A stretch of 64,000 bases of DNA, taken from IMG/VR virus record IMGVR_UViG_3300042691_019356, positions 1 to 64,000 of that record. One strand, written 5' to 3'. The number at the start of each line of letters is the position of its first letter. Within the stretch, counting starts at the first letter, position 1. Below the pieces are notes generated by a model. The model saw nothing but the letters and a program-made list of their open reading frames with translations, did no database searches and was not told where the DNA came from. The translations under genes and the position numbers were made by a program. Below, in pieces: positions 1 through 8,072 of the stretch. The DNA comes from a virus.

Positions 1-78
1 TTGTGTCGAGAGGTGTCATTCATGTAGTGTGCGTTTATTCCCCGAAGGTATTGTATTCACGCACTCTCGACGTTGCAA

Positions 79-354
79 TCACCTGGAGCAGGCGGAAAGA
101 ATCCACTTGCCGGTTGGCTGAAACTTGCGGCCAAGTTCTGGCTCAAGCGTCATGTCGGGAACTGTGATGTATTGAAGCCTCGTGGCCGAGCCGAACTGCT
201 CGATAAAATTAAATGCATCCTCAATTTTATTGAGGTGCATGTACCCAAAGGACTGCTTGTGTCCTGAGCCGTGGTGAAGTGACTTGGCGAACTTGCGCAG
301 TTTCTTCTTCGAGGACGAAACGTAAAGCGTCCAACCGGAAAGAAGCCAGTACAT
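79..354 (-). CDS. hypothetical early protein, 91 aa
   Basis: ATG at 354 lies inside track ORF 79..438. It is directly preceded by the conserved CA-rich leader with GGAGAA RBS and by promoter cassette A, so the longer N-terminus is rejected. Confidence 0.6.
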   Translation of the reverse strand: MYWLLSGWTLYVSSSKKKLRKFAKSLHHGSGHKQSFGYMHLNKIEDAFNFIEQFGSATRLQYITVPDMTLEPELGRKFQPTGKWILSACSR

Positions 355-476
355 TGTGTTCTCCGTGGTTGTGATGTGACTTGCACCGTGATTAAGGCCA
401 TGGCCTCCCCGGTACATACCAATTATACCACGCTGCAATTAAGACCGCGAGCCGGAATTAACAAACGCTAACACGT
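355..476 (-). promoter_or_regulatory. early promoter/5'-UTR cassette A
   Basis: Minus strand shows TGGTATAAT (-10 at 422..427). Upstream motif GTGTTA-N-GTTAAT is at 456..474. The GGGGAGGCC leader element is around 396..412. A CA-rich leader ends at ATG 354. Confidence 0.6.
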
Positions 477-502
477 AACTAACGCCGACTCGCCGCCGTT
501 TT

Positions 503-673
503 CTAGCAGCCAGACTCAAGTCTTTCTTGCACCTCCTCTGTAATGTGCATTGCCACTCCAATGAGAGCAATGGCATCAATGTAATCAGGATCGTTCATCA
601 TAAGTTGTTCGACCTGATTCAATAACAGCCAAATGTCTTGTGATTTGGCGTGCGGATCCTTGTTTTGCGCCAT
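503..673 (-). CDS. small hypothetical protein, 56 aa (below ORF-track cutoff)
   Basis: Hand translation gives MAQNKDPHAKSQDIWLLLNQVEQLMMNDPDYIDAIALIGVAMHITEEVQERLESGC. The ATG is 5 nt after the stop of 679..870. Confidence 0.45.
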   Translation of the reverse strand: MAQNKDPHAKSQDIWLLLNQVEQLMMNDPDYIDAIALIGVAMHITEEVQERLESGC

Positions 674-678
674 TGCGA

Positions 679-870
679 TCAATCAGCCGACTCCTCGTAA
701 ACCACTCGCGCTGTATTGAGAACATCCGGGTTCAGAATGCGACCGCTGCGGCGCATGATGCGTTGTGCTTGCTCAATGGCAAGCGACTCGCTGTTATCGA
801 CTTCTGTAACAACAATCTCGGGACCGCCATCGAAACGAACGGTGTAGTTCGTGAAGTAGGTTGCTGACAT
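679..870 (-). CDS. hypothetical protein, 63 aa
   Basis: Internal ATG 870 of track ORF 679..993, preceded by the conserved leader CACAACCACGGAGAATCACA. The upstream gene stops at 897. Confidence 0.6.
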   Translation of the reverse strand: MSATYFTNYTVRFDGGPEIVVTEVDNSESLAIEQAQRIMRRSGRILNPDVLNTARVVYEESAD

Positions 871-896
871 TGTGATTCTCCGTGGTTGTGTTGTAA

Positions 897-1124
897 TCAG
901 TTCGGCAATGCACGCAATGCCTTCAATGTAGGCTTGCCCTTGCAACCAATCTTGCGCCAGGCAGACGTAACTGCATCGCCATCGTAATTCCAAGTCGATG
1001 TCGTTGTAGTAATCGTTGTCTCGACACTCGACATGAACCGATCGAGCTTCGTGTTATCACCAGCCCAATCGTAACGAACTTCAAGCTCTGACCGGTAGGC
1101 TTGAAGAAAAGCGGTTTTCGTCAT
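897..1124 (-). CDS. hypothetical protein, 75 aa
   Basis: ATG-started ORF, tightly packed in the operon, with a CA-rich leader. Confidence 0.6.
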   Translation of the reverse strand: MTKTAFLQAYRSELEVRYDWAGDNTKLDRFMSSVETTITTTTSTWNYDGDAVTSAWRKIGCKGKPTLKALRALPN

Positions 1125-1149
1125 TGTGATTTGATTCGTTGGAATGTAA

Positions 1150-1452
1150 TCAGCTCATCTCGGCAACGACCTTCCACTTACCGTTGACGATGTGAACGAT
1201 CTGCTCGCCGTACAGATCCCAGAGACCTGTATTGTCACCAAACTTCTTGGCAAACTTCTTGGGGTTTGTAATCCACTTGGCCTTTGCGATGAACGATTCA
1301 CCACAGATGTATTGACCGGGGCGACGCTTCGTGATGCCTTCCACGAAGTCTTGAATCTCGTCTTCGCACCCATAGATGATGTACTTACTGCCATCTTCCA
1401 CTGAGATGATCTGGCAGAAGTGCATCGCGAATTGTGTGAGGTCGCTTGTCAT
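1150..1452 (-). CDS. hypothetical protein, 100 aa
   Basis: ATG-started ORF and first gene after promoter cassette B. Confidence 0.65.
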   Translation of the reverse strand: MTSDLTQFAMHFCQIISVEDGSKYIIYGCEDEIQDFVEGITKRRPGQYICGESFIAKAKWITNPKKFAKKFGDNTGLWDLYGEQIVHIVNGKWKVVAEMS

Positions 1453-1570
1453 GCGATTCTCCGTTGTGTTGTGATCTGGAGCTTGTAACCTGGCAGGGCC
1501 TCCCCTGCTTACACCTATTATAGCGTGTAGGATTCTGCACCGTGGGCCGGATTAACAAACGCTAACACGT
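1453..1570 (-). promoter_or_regulatory. early promoter/5'-UTR cassette B
   Basis: -10 TATAAT at 1517..1522. Upstream GTGTTAGCGTTTGTTAAT at 1551..1568. Leader hairpin GCAGGG-CCTC-CCCTGC at 1493..1508. GGAGAA RBS. Confidence 0.6.
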
Positions 1571-1604
1571 AATTAGCCCGGCACCACGGCGGTTTCCACC
1601 ACGT

Positions 1605-1790
1605 TCAATACATTGGAATGATGTCCATCATCGTATTGTCATACTCGCCGGACTCGTCGTATTCATCGAAAGCTAAATCAGCTTCCGAATAACTGGAGAA
1701 CTCTTGTAATGTCCTCCAGTTACCAGTGTCATCCATCCAAGCCAGCTTGTAACCAACCGGCTCCTGCTGTTGAATGTCAGTGTCGTGCAT
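1605..1790 (-). CDS. hypothetical acidic protein, 61 aa
   Basis: ATG 1790 is preceded by ATCACA (the track start at 1799 is TTG). It contains one copy of the 35-nt repeat. Confidence 0.55.
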   Translation of the reverse strand: MHDTDIQQQEPVGYKLAWMDDTGNWRTLQEFSSYSEADLAFDEYDESGEYDNTMMDIIPMY

Positions 1791-1795
1791 TGTGA

Positions 1796-2287
1796 TCAAA
1801 CTCCGTTGAGATGACGGGCGAACTCGTATGCTTTGTCTTTCGCTTCCTCCAATGTCATTCCACCGCCAGTGAAATTGTAATCAATGACAGTGCGACACCA
1901 AGGGGCACCAAACATCGAATACGCAGTCATGCTGTAATGTGACTCGCAGTTGTGATTACGACCGATCGTTGCAATCAGCTGGCCATCGCAACGTGCAACC
2001 CACCAATCCATGAACGGAATCCCTGGATTGTTTTCTTGCGAGAACTCCACAACCGGCAATGGCTTCTGCATTGCGTTGTAAACCGAAACTCCATTGAGCA
2101 GGGCGGACTCTGGAACGTAGCACCTGTAAATGAAATCCGCAAACTCTTTATTGTCGTCTTCATCGTCGGTGATGGATCGCATGTAGTCAATCGCCTCATG
2201 CGATGTAAGCGCCTTGACGTAAATCGTTTCACGATCTCGCCAGTCAATGTGACGAGTGACCGCGAACTCAAAGTGATTGGGTTCCAT
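1796..2287 (-). CDS. hypothetical protein, 163 aa
   Basis: ATG 2287 is preceded by the conserved leader CACATCACAACCGAGAGCCACA. An alternative ATG at 2332 is possible. Confidence 0.6.
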   Translation of the reverse strand: MEPNHFEFAVTRHIDWRDRETIYVKALTSHEAIDYMRSITDDEDDNKEFADFIYRCYVPESALLNGVSVYNAMQKPLPVVEFSQENNPGIPFMDWWVARCDGQLIATIGRNHNCESHYSMTAYSMFGAPWCRTVIDYNFTGGGMTLEEAKDKAYEFARHLNGV

Positions 2288-2324
2288 TGTGGCTCTCGGT
2301 TGTGATGTGTTCAGGTTGCCAGTG

Positions 2325-2579
2325 TCATCCATTCAAGCCAGCTTGTGACCAACGTTTAATCTCCCGCTCGTGCAACGCATGAAATAACGCCGACTTGACG
2401 TAACCAAGAACCACCGGAAAGCGTGGCGCATTATCTTCATCTTCTGACCAACTTTCGTAATGAAACAACTGCTCAAGAATCGTATTGAGCTGTTCATCGG
2501 TGTCGTCACCGAGAATGTCAACCAGGAACCCTGCAATCTCACCTGCGTTGCGGATCGTGATGGAAAGCTCGGTTGCCAT
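2325..2579 (-). CDS. hypothetical acidic protein, 84 aa
   Basis: ATG-started ORF and first gene after promoter cassette C. Confidence 0.6.
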   Translation of the reverse strand: MATELSITIRNAGEIAGFLVDILGDDTDEQLNTILEQLFHYESWSEDEDNAPRFPVVLGYVKSALFHALHEREIKRWSQAGLNG

Positions 2580-2690
2580 GTAATTCTCCTTGTAATGTGG
2601 GGTTGGAATCAGCGCAGGGCCTCCCCCGCACTTCTACATTATAGCAGATGCTTTATAGAACCGCGAGCCCGAATTAACAGTCATTAACAC
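2580..2690 (-). promoter_or_regulatory. early promoter/5'-UTR cassette C
   Basis: -10 TATAAT at 2638..2643. Upstream GTGTTAATGACTGTTAAT at 2673..2690. GGGGGAGGCC leader stem-loop around 2612..2630. GGAGAA RBS. Confidence 0.6.
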
Positions 2691-2739
2691 TGTTTTATGG
2701 GATGAGCCAGTGGAATGGCCCATCCAATGCGATGTATTA

Positions 2740-2952
2740 TCAAGAGCAGTCGGCAACCTGCTGTGATCTAACGTAACTGCAGATTCCAAAGAACCTGCCG
2801 TCTTGTTTCATTTCTTCGGCTGCTTGAATTGCATCCTCCATCGTATCGAACCATTCCAGGACTGGACGAGTTCCGATGTCCGTAATGAAGCGTTCAACCC
2901 AAATGCTGTAACGTCGTCCGGTTGAAGGATTGTTGCGAAATTGGTACTGCAT
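2740..2952 (-). CDS. hypothetical protein, 70 aa
   Basis: ATG-started ORF, 5 nt downstream of the stop of 2958..3167. Confidence 0.55.
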   Translation of the reverse strand: MQYQFRNNPSTGRRYSIWVERFITDIGTRPVLEWFDTMEDAIQAAEEMKQDGRFFGICSYVRSQQVADCS

Positions 2953-2957
2953 TGTAT

Positions 2958-3167
2958 TTAAGAATTGGGTTTAATCAACCTGAAGCTTGTAACGTCGTAA
3001 TAAGCCTTCGTATCATCACTCATAGCGCGAAGTGACTTAATTTCATTCATCGCCCCCTTGTAACTTTTGAAAAACTTGTGGCTCCAGCGACCGCGTGATT
3101 GAACTGCGACGCAGTGGGTTGCATCCTTCTCGACAATGCGACCCGTTGGCAATGTAAATTGATTCAT
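2958..3167 (-). CDS. hypothetical protein, 69 aa
   Basis: Internal ATG 3167 lies 13 nt after the stop of 3181..3576. The longer track ORF would overlap the upstream gene. Confidence 0.5.
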   Translation of the reverse strand: MNQFTLPTGRIVEKDATHCVAVQSRGRWSHKFFKSYKGAMNEIKSLRAMSDDTKAYYDVTSFRLIKPNS

Positions 3168-3180
3168 GGCCGTGTTGTAA

Positions 3181-3576
3181 TCAGGAGTTGGAACGACCAT
3201 CGGCATCAACGCCGATGTAAATGCCATTGAGCCACCCACTGATGTAAGTGGGAACCTCGAATGTCATCAGCATGTCGCCATCATTCACGAAGATCATGGT
3301 TGTGTTGTACTTCATGTCTTCGATGTATCGACGGAACGGAATGTCCATGGCGCCCTCCCGATACAACGCCTCAGTTGCCAGGAACTTAAACTGGGCGTCT
3401 GTCATGTAATCCGGGTTCGCCGCAACGCAATACGGATTGAAGTCGTCTTGAATCCTGAACCGCCACGTCATTTCATCGCAGCGATACCACGAATTGTGAC
3501 CCAGCCTGGAGATCAGCTTGTAAATCGCCGGCTCCTGTTCCTTGAGTTCTGATAGCGAAGCAAACGTGGTTTGCAT
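3181..3576 (-). CDS. hypothetical protein, 131 aa
   Basis: ATG-started ORF behind cassette D, with leader CATCACAACGGAGAATCACA. Confidence 0.65.
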   Translation of the reverse strand: MQTTFASLSELKEQEPAIYKLISRLGHNSWYRCDEMTWRFRIQDDFNPYCVAANPDYMTDAQFKFLATEALYREGAMDIPFRRYIEDMKYNTTMIFVNDGDMLMTFEVPTYISGWLNGIYIGVDADGRSNS

Positions 3577-3694
3577 TGTGATTCTCCGTTGTGATGTAGA
3601 ACTTGTAACTAGCCGGGCTCTCCCCCGGCTTATACCTATTATACCATGCTGGAGTCTACATGGTAGGCCTGAATTAAAGGACTTCCATTAGTGT
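3577..3694 (-). promoter_or_regulatory. early promoter/5'-UTR cassette D
   Basis: TGGTATAAT (-10 at 3638..3643). Upstream TTAAT-containing motif at 3673..3694. Leader hairpin AGCCGGG/CCCGGCT at 3611..3630. Confidence 0.6.
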
Positions 3695-3708
3695 TTTTTA
3701 TACATGGC

Positions 3709-3740
3709 AAAAAGGGGCTGACTGCAATGCAATCAACCCC
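3709..3740 (-). terminator. Rho-independent terminator
   Basis: Minus strand reads GGGGTTGA-11 nt loop-TCAGCCCC followed by TTTTT, just after the stop of 3754..3945. Confidence 0.6.
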
Positions 3741-3753
3741 GAAATGAAATGTA

Positions 3754-3945
3754 TTATTTGACGAAGTGAGTGTGATCTGTTCCGCCCTGATGCCAAAATA
3801 AAGTAATGCCGATGACTTCTCCCCTTCTATTCTTGTAAACAGTTCGATTGGCGAATTGTTCTGTGTTCGCCCAACCCAATTCTTTCAGCCGGCGAGACAT
3901 TGCAACCTCGCCCTTAACGATTGTCATTTCGCTGATGTCGTGCAT
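3754..3945 (-). CDS. hypothetical protein, 63 aa
   Basis: ATG 3945 overlaps the stop of 3945..4349 (TGATG). A GTG at 3948 is an alternative start. Confidence 0.55.
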   Translation of the reverse strand: MHDISEMTIVKGEVAMSRRLKELGWANTEQFANRTVYKNRRGEVIGITLFWHQGGTDHTHFVK

Positions 3946-4349
3946 CACTCCTCCTCGTCAGAATCTGGCTTCAGGGCTTCGTAAAAATCACCCCAGGAGT
4001 TGATTGTAAACACGCCGCGACGTGTATCGTAAATCACGGTTGGAATGTAAGTATCACCAAAGTTGACATAAGTGCCAACGATGTTACCGTGATAACGGTC
4101 TACCCAAATGTCTTCATGCTCAACGGCTTCTACACCACAGCCACACAACAACTCATTCAACGCCTCCATCTTGAGTTCAACAGTATGTGGTCGGTGGCAT
4201 CTGTAACACTGTTGCACCCACTGTTGCGTCTTAGGGAACCGATCGTCATTCAGCGGGTCAATGTTACCCCGAACAATCGCAATGACATCTGCGGCTTCCT
4301 CGTCTGAAATACCAAGACGATCCTTGAGATGTGAAACAGTCCAGGTCAT
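3945..4349 (-). CDS. hypothetical protein, 134 aa, Cys-containing
   Basis: ATG-started ORF with an acidic C-terminus. Confidence 0.6.
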   Translation of the reverse strand: MTWTVSHLKDRLGISDEEAADVIAIVRGNIDPLNDDRFPKTQQWVQQCYRCHRPHTVELKMEALNELLCGCGVEAVEHEDIWVDRYHGNIVGTYVNFGDTYIPTVIYDTRRGVFTINSWGDFYEALKPDSDEEE

Positions 4350-4383
4350 GTGAGTTCTCTGTTGTAATTTGGACTAGCAGCAA

Positions 4384-4509
4384 TCAATCAACGCATGCAG
4401 GACCGTTGTATTGAAGATCCCGCATGAAACTGATTGTAAGCGTTGATGCAGACGCAGCAAAAAGCGCCGCAATCAAAAGAACCCAGGCAGCGGAATAAAG
4501 CTTAGGCAT
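4384..4509 (-). CDS. putative small membrane or secreted peptide, 41 aa
   Basis: Hand translation gives MPKLYSAAWVLLIAALFAASASTLTISFMRDLQYNGPACVD. It has a hydrophobic N-terminal helix. It is below the track cutoff. Confidence 0.35.
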   Translation of the reverse strand: MPKLYSAAWVLLIAALFAASASTLTISFMRDLQYNGPACVD

Positions 4510-4551
4510 GATTGTTTTGTGGGGTGAGGGGAAAAGAAATGAACTGGATTG

Positions 4552-4821
4552 CTAGTTGTAAGCATCCAACGCAAACACAAAGTAATGATGCTTGTGATCG
4601 TAACCACATGCACCGACCGAACCCTTTGCATTCAGCGGCCAGCGCTGAATCAAGTTCTCGGCCGCAGCGCGATGATTCTCGTCCTGGCTGAGATTGTGAT
4701 CGTACACGTGAATTGCACGCCACAGCGTTTCACTGTCACGCCGATGCGATGCAATAATGATGGCGTCACGAATGTTAGTTGGGCCGCTGTAAGTCGTCTT
4801 GATGACAGGACCGGTTTGCAT
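4552..4821 (-). CDS. hypothetical protein, 89 aa
   Basis: ATG-started ORF behind cassette E, with leader CAACGGAGAACACA. Confidence 0.6.
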   Translation of the reverse strand: MQTGPVIKTTYSGPTNIRDAIIIASHRRDSETLWRAIHVYDHNLSQDENHRAAAENLIQRWPLNAKGSVGACGYDHKHHYFVFALDAYN

Positions 4822-4950
4822 TGTGTTCTCCGTTGCAACGTAATGTGGAGTGTCGATTGAGGAAGCTCCTCCCCCGACTTAAGCTCATTATACTAGATAC
4901 TTTCTAGTACGTCAAGCCGCAAACTAGCAGTGTTAGCAAAGTTTAACACG
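4822..4950 (-). promoter_or_regulatory. early promoter/5'-UTR cassette E
   Basis: Near-consensus TTGACG (4910..4915), 17-nt spacer, TATAAT (4887..4892). GGGGGAGGAGC leader element around 4862..4880. Upstream GTGTTAAAC/GCTAACAC motif at 4931..4949. Confidence 0.65.
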
Positions 4951-4976
4951 CAAATCTGCCGTAATTCAGCCGCAGA

Positions 4977-5495
4977 TCAGAGGATTGTAATTAGCTGATC
5001 CAGTGTCATGTCATTAAGAATGATCTGTCCTGCAACAAGGACATCTTCTATGAACTTTCGTCTGAGTGGATTCTTTAACGTTGAAGGGGATTGACAAAAG
5101 TCAACCACCTGCATTGAACCCCTCCCCATCGGCATTCCAATCAAAACAGTTTGCTTGCAAAGATCCAGCACCTGCTTTGCTTTTAGATGCCTTGCAACGT
5201 AACTACGCACCCACGCTGAAAGCTTGTCCTGGGCGTGTGATTGCATTTCCAGTTTCTTTCTGCTGGGTGCATTCTTTTCCATCCATCCGTCTTCAAGCTC
5301 AACCGGTCCCGTATTGTCCAGTCCGAGTGAAGCGCCATAAAACTCAAGAACATCAACCATTGCATTGTGATTAGTCCATTCAAAGATGTCATCAGGAGCA
5401 ACGTAGGCAACTTTCTTGCCGTTTGCGGTCAGGCTGCAACTGTGACCACCAGGGCACGGCTTGATGTTTTTAACCTCCAGGATAAAGTTTTTCAC
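4977..5495 (-). CDS. hypothetical protein, 172 aa
   Basis: GTG start overlaps the stop of the upstream gene (GTGA). Confidence 0.6.
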   Translation of the reverse strand: MKNFILEVKNIKPCPGGHSCSLTANGKKVAYVAPDDIFEWTNHNAMVDVLEFYGASLGLDNTGPVELEDGWMEKNAPSRKKLEMQSHAQDKLSAWVRSYVARHLKAKQVLDLCKQTVLIGMPMGRGSMQVVDFCQSPSTLKNPLRRKFIEDVLVAGQIILNDMTLDQLITIL

Positions 5496-5965
5496 AGCAG
5501 ATCAGAATAAAAAGGAAGCTTCTCAACTTTGATTTCCGCTTCTTTGCGATTGTTCCATGCAATCACTGGAGCGTGATGCCACGTACCGAGCCAACATGCA
5601 GCATGTTTTGTGATGAGATCGCTGTTCGGCCTGTGGAATACCATTGGAACAACAAGGCCAACATCACGTGATTGATCCTTAGCACGACAGAACGTGAATG
5701 GATCAGTAGCAAACTTGTAATTCGGAATGTCAGAAGCAAACACGTAGTCAACAATCACGCCAAATACAGCGTCTTGCAAAAGCGAATGATCGAGTCTTTC
5801 TTTTGTAAGGAAAGCGTCGATGCTTTCTGAGTCGTAATCCAATGCAATGCAATCATTGCTATGGATCAACCGAACGCGATCGTTCGTTGCGATGTAGTCT
5901 TTAGCGACCTTGAGACGTTGATTCATCTCTTTGATCGTGAAGACTCGGGGATTGCGTTTTGGCAT
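5492..5965 (-). CDS. hypothetical protein, 157 aa
   Basis: ATG-started ORF. Confidence 0.6.
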   Translation of the reverse strand: MPKRNPRVFTIKEMNQRLKVAKDYIATNDRVRLIHSNDCIALDYDSESIDAFLTKERLDHSLLQDAVFGVIVDYVFASDIPNYKFATDPFTFCRAKDQSRDVGLVVPMVFHRPNSDLITKHAACWLGTWHHAPVIAWNNRKEAEIKVEKLPFYSDLL

Positions 5966-5995
5966 TGCAAATAAAACAACAACAGGACGTGAAGT

Positions 5996-6115
5996 TCAGT
6001 CAACTCGGTAGAAGTACGCCCAGCAACGACCATGCTGTAACCTAACGCAGCGAGAATTTGAAAATCCACCAAGAGCGTAAAATTCTTTTTTGGTGATTTG
6101 TGTGTATCCAATCAT
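5996..6115 (-). CDS. small hypothetical protein, 39 aa
   Basis: Internal ATG 6115 of track ORF 5996..6205. The longer form would overlap 6138..6635. Confidence 0.35.
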   Translation of the reverse strand: MIGYTQITKKEFYALGGFSNSRCVRLQHGRCWAYFYRVD

Positions 6116-6137
6116 TTGCCTAGAATGCAAAACAAAA

Positions 6138-6635
6138 TCAGCGGTTAAAATCGTAAACGTTTCGGAAATCAACCATTGCGGAACGAATGTTGCTAATCTG
6201 CTCACGCAATTTTTTCATCTCTTCAATGTTGTGAATTACCTCCTCAACGGTGTAATCAGTCCTGGGTTGAATCGTGTCGTCTGTCAGGTCAACCAGAATG
6301 TCACCATCAATGGTGCAAATTGCAATGTCACGTTTGACGTATTCACAGCCGCATTTGCCAGGAACGTCATAAGTGCAATCAACCGTGATCCAAACAAGGG
6401 AAAGGCTGATGTCATAAACAAGTCGGAACTTGTCTTCAGCAAGTCGCAACTGCTTTTCAACCTCGTTGAGCTTTGTCTTGACGGCAACCGTCCATGTCTT
6501 GTAGGGATTGTATTTAATTACCTTCTTGCCAATAAATGGCTTGAGTGCTTCTTGCAATGCAATCCGACATTCGATTGCTTTCTGATTAACTCGGTTGCGT
6601 GTTGCAACCTCCAGTTCCAATTGATTGATTTGCAT
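6138..6635 (-). CDS. hypothetical protein, 165 aa
   Basis: Internal ATG 6635. The track N-terminus (to 6716) overlaps a consensus promoter, so it is rejected. Confidence 0.6.
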   Translation of the reverse strand: MQINQLELEVATRNRVNQKAIECRIALQEALKPFIGKKVIKYNPYKTWTVAVKTKLNEVEKQLRLAEDKFRLVYDISLSLVWITVDCTYDVPGKCGCEYVKRDIAICTIDGDILVDLTDDTIQPRTDYTVEEVIHNIEEMKKLREQISNIRSAMVDFRNVYDFNR

Positions 6636-6686
6636 GGCTTTGTGATGTGGTGAAACAATCAGACAGGCCATCCCATCCGATAAGTA

Positions 6687-6734
6687 CATTATACCAGAAG
6701 CAATAAGCGCTGTCAAGCCTGCATTCTAGCAGGC
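6687..6734 (-). promoter_or_regulatory. consensus sigma-70-type promoter with abutting hairpin
   Basis: TTGACA (6710..6715), 17-nt spacer, TGGTATAAT (-10 at 6687..6692). The hairpin GCCTGC-N6-GCAGGC at 6717..6734 lies immediately upstream of the -35. Confidence 0.7.
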
Positions 6735-6921
6735 ATGGCAGAACTTTACAGGCAATACAGCAAAAATGTATTACAGATTGCCGTGATGTGTTCTGGTGGG
6801 CGGTGTCCACAGGAGCCCCAGGAAGGCGGTTGTGACCCGTCCGGCGCCAATGTGACGACAGGCAGGACGCAGCGTGGTTCCCGAGGCGCCTGGACATCGA
6901 TCCGAGGCCGATGGGATGCGA

Positions 6922-7323
6922 TCAGTCGGCGGATGCGCCGAGATCCTCCCCGGCTCGCAATCTATGTGCAATCTCTCTCACAACCGTATCGTGCATTTGA
7001 TTTGCTTTGTCATCAGCATCCATCTCTGCAATCTGCCATTGTGATTCAAATCGAACCTGCCTACTGACGTCTGCATCGTAGTAACGAGTATCGTTTTGAT
7101 CAGCATGAAATGCCATTGTTTCAAAAAAGCGGTTGTGACCGATTTCTTCAAAACCATGTGGAATAGTTTGCGATTGCATTAGCCCAACCGTGCTAACAAC
7201 AATGGCGTAATCGTTATACCTTATCAAGGTATTGCGATGAAATAAGCATTTTCTGGCAAGAATGAAATGTCCAGGCCAGCCACGTTCTTCAATTGTCAGA
7301 CCATCTTTTAGTCGAATCCTCAT
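6922..7323 (-). CDS. hypothetical protein, 133 aa
   Basis: ATG-started ORF with an ATGA overlap to the 47-aa ORF upstream. Confidence 0.65.
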   Translation of the reverse strand: MRIRLKDGLTIEERGWPGHFILARKCLFHRNTLIRYNDYAIVVSTVGLMQSQTIPHGFEEIGHNRFFETMAFHADQNDTRYYDADVSRQVRFESQWQIAEMDADDKANQMHDTVVREIAHRLRAGEDLGASAD

Positions 7324-7463
7324 CGTGAAAACTCCTTGATTTGTTGAATTGCATCGTTGGCCTGCAGGATCATTTTCCTGCTGTTACATGAAATGCTGCT
7401 GCCTTTGTACTTAAGCCACCAGCATTCACGTTCAAACTCTTGCTCAATCTTCGTTTTCGTCAT
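7320..7463 (-). CDS. small hypothetical protein, 47 aa
   Basis: Hand translation gives MTKTKIEQEFERECWWLKYKGSSISCNSRKMILQANDAIQQIKEFSR. Its stop overlaps ATG 7323 (ATGA). Its start overlaps the end of 7444..7704 by 20 nt. Confidence 0.4.
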   Translation of the reverse strand: MTKTKIEQEFERECWWLKYKGSSISCNSRKMILQANDAIQQIKEFSR

Positions 7464-7704
7464 TGTAATTTACTGAGTGAAATTGAAACGGCGCTCCGGC
7501 CAGGGCTGAATCAGAAATCCTCCTGCGATTGAAACGATCTTCGTGAATGCGATACCTTCCTGGTTTTGTAAATTCCCACAAAAAGCCTTCTGTGCATCTC
7601 GCAACGTTTGCAACATGCGCAAGGCCGTTGTAACCATCGGGAGCAGCAATTGCACCAATCCATTCCCATCCATCGGGAAGAATGTGAGGATGATACTCAG
7701 TCAT
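7444..7704 (-). CDS. hypothetical protein, 86 aa
   Basis: ATG-started ORF with an 8-nt overlap (ATGACTGA) to the upstream gene. Confidence 0.6.
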   Translation of the reverse strand: MTEYHPHILPDGWEWIGAIAAPDGYNGLAHVANVARCTEGFLWEFTKPGRYRIHEDRFNRRRISDSALAGAPFQFHSVNYNDENED

Positions 7705-8071
7705 TGTTTTGACGATTGAGGAAGAAGTAGTAATTGCATTGAGTATGCCTTAGCCAATCAAGAACAGAGGCAGGTGAAATTGTTCCACCGCCATTCTTGT
7801 AAAGCCATTTGGCATCGTCGTCTGGCATACGCATCGTAAATTCATCTAGCCTTTCAACGCAATTATCAGCAATTTCTTCAAGCTGGCTATCCGTCAATTC
7901 AGCAAGATCATCTTGCATTGTGGTTAGCCACTCGTAATCTGGATGCTCGTAATAGCGCTTGAACACCTCAGGATAAAAATCATTCTCGTGGCAAACTTGC
8001 AATGCGTTGCTCAGATCCTCGATGAATCGTTTACGAGATTCTTGCAAATGCTTCGCTCTATCGTATGTCAT
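7697..8071 (-). CDS. hypothetical protein, 124 aa
   Basis: Internal ATG 8071 is preceded by GGAGGAG and by the stop of 8073..8405. Confidence 0.6.
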   Translation of the reverse strand: MTYDRAKHLQESRKRFIEDLSNALQVCHENDFYPEVFKRYYEHPDYEWLTTMQDDLAELTDSQLEEIADNCVERLDEFTMRMPDDDAKWLYKNGGGTISPASVLDWLRHTQCNYYFFLNRQNND

Positions 8072-8072
8072 C

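Noticed and set aside
6586-7067. ORFs 6586..6897(-), 6771..6971(-) and 6735..7067(+) in the GC-rich spacer.
   Set aside because: They overlap a consensus promoter or the 133-aa gene. Their Arg/Gly/Pro-rich composition is typical of GC-frame artefacts.
7030-7070. A tRNA-like tcgaacc string.
   Set aside because: It lies inside CDS 6922..7323, and no cloverleaf can be folded.
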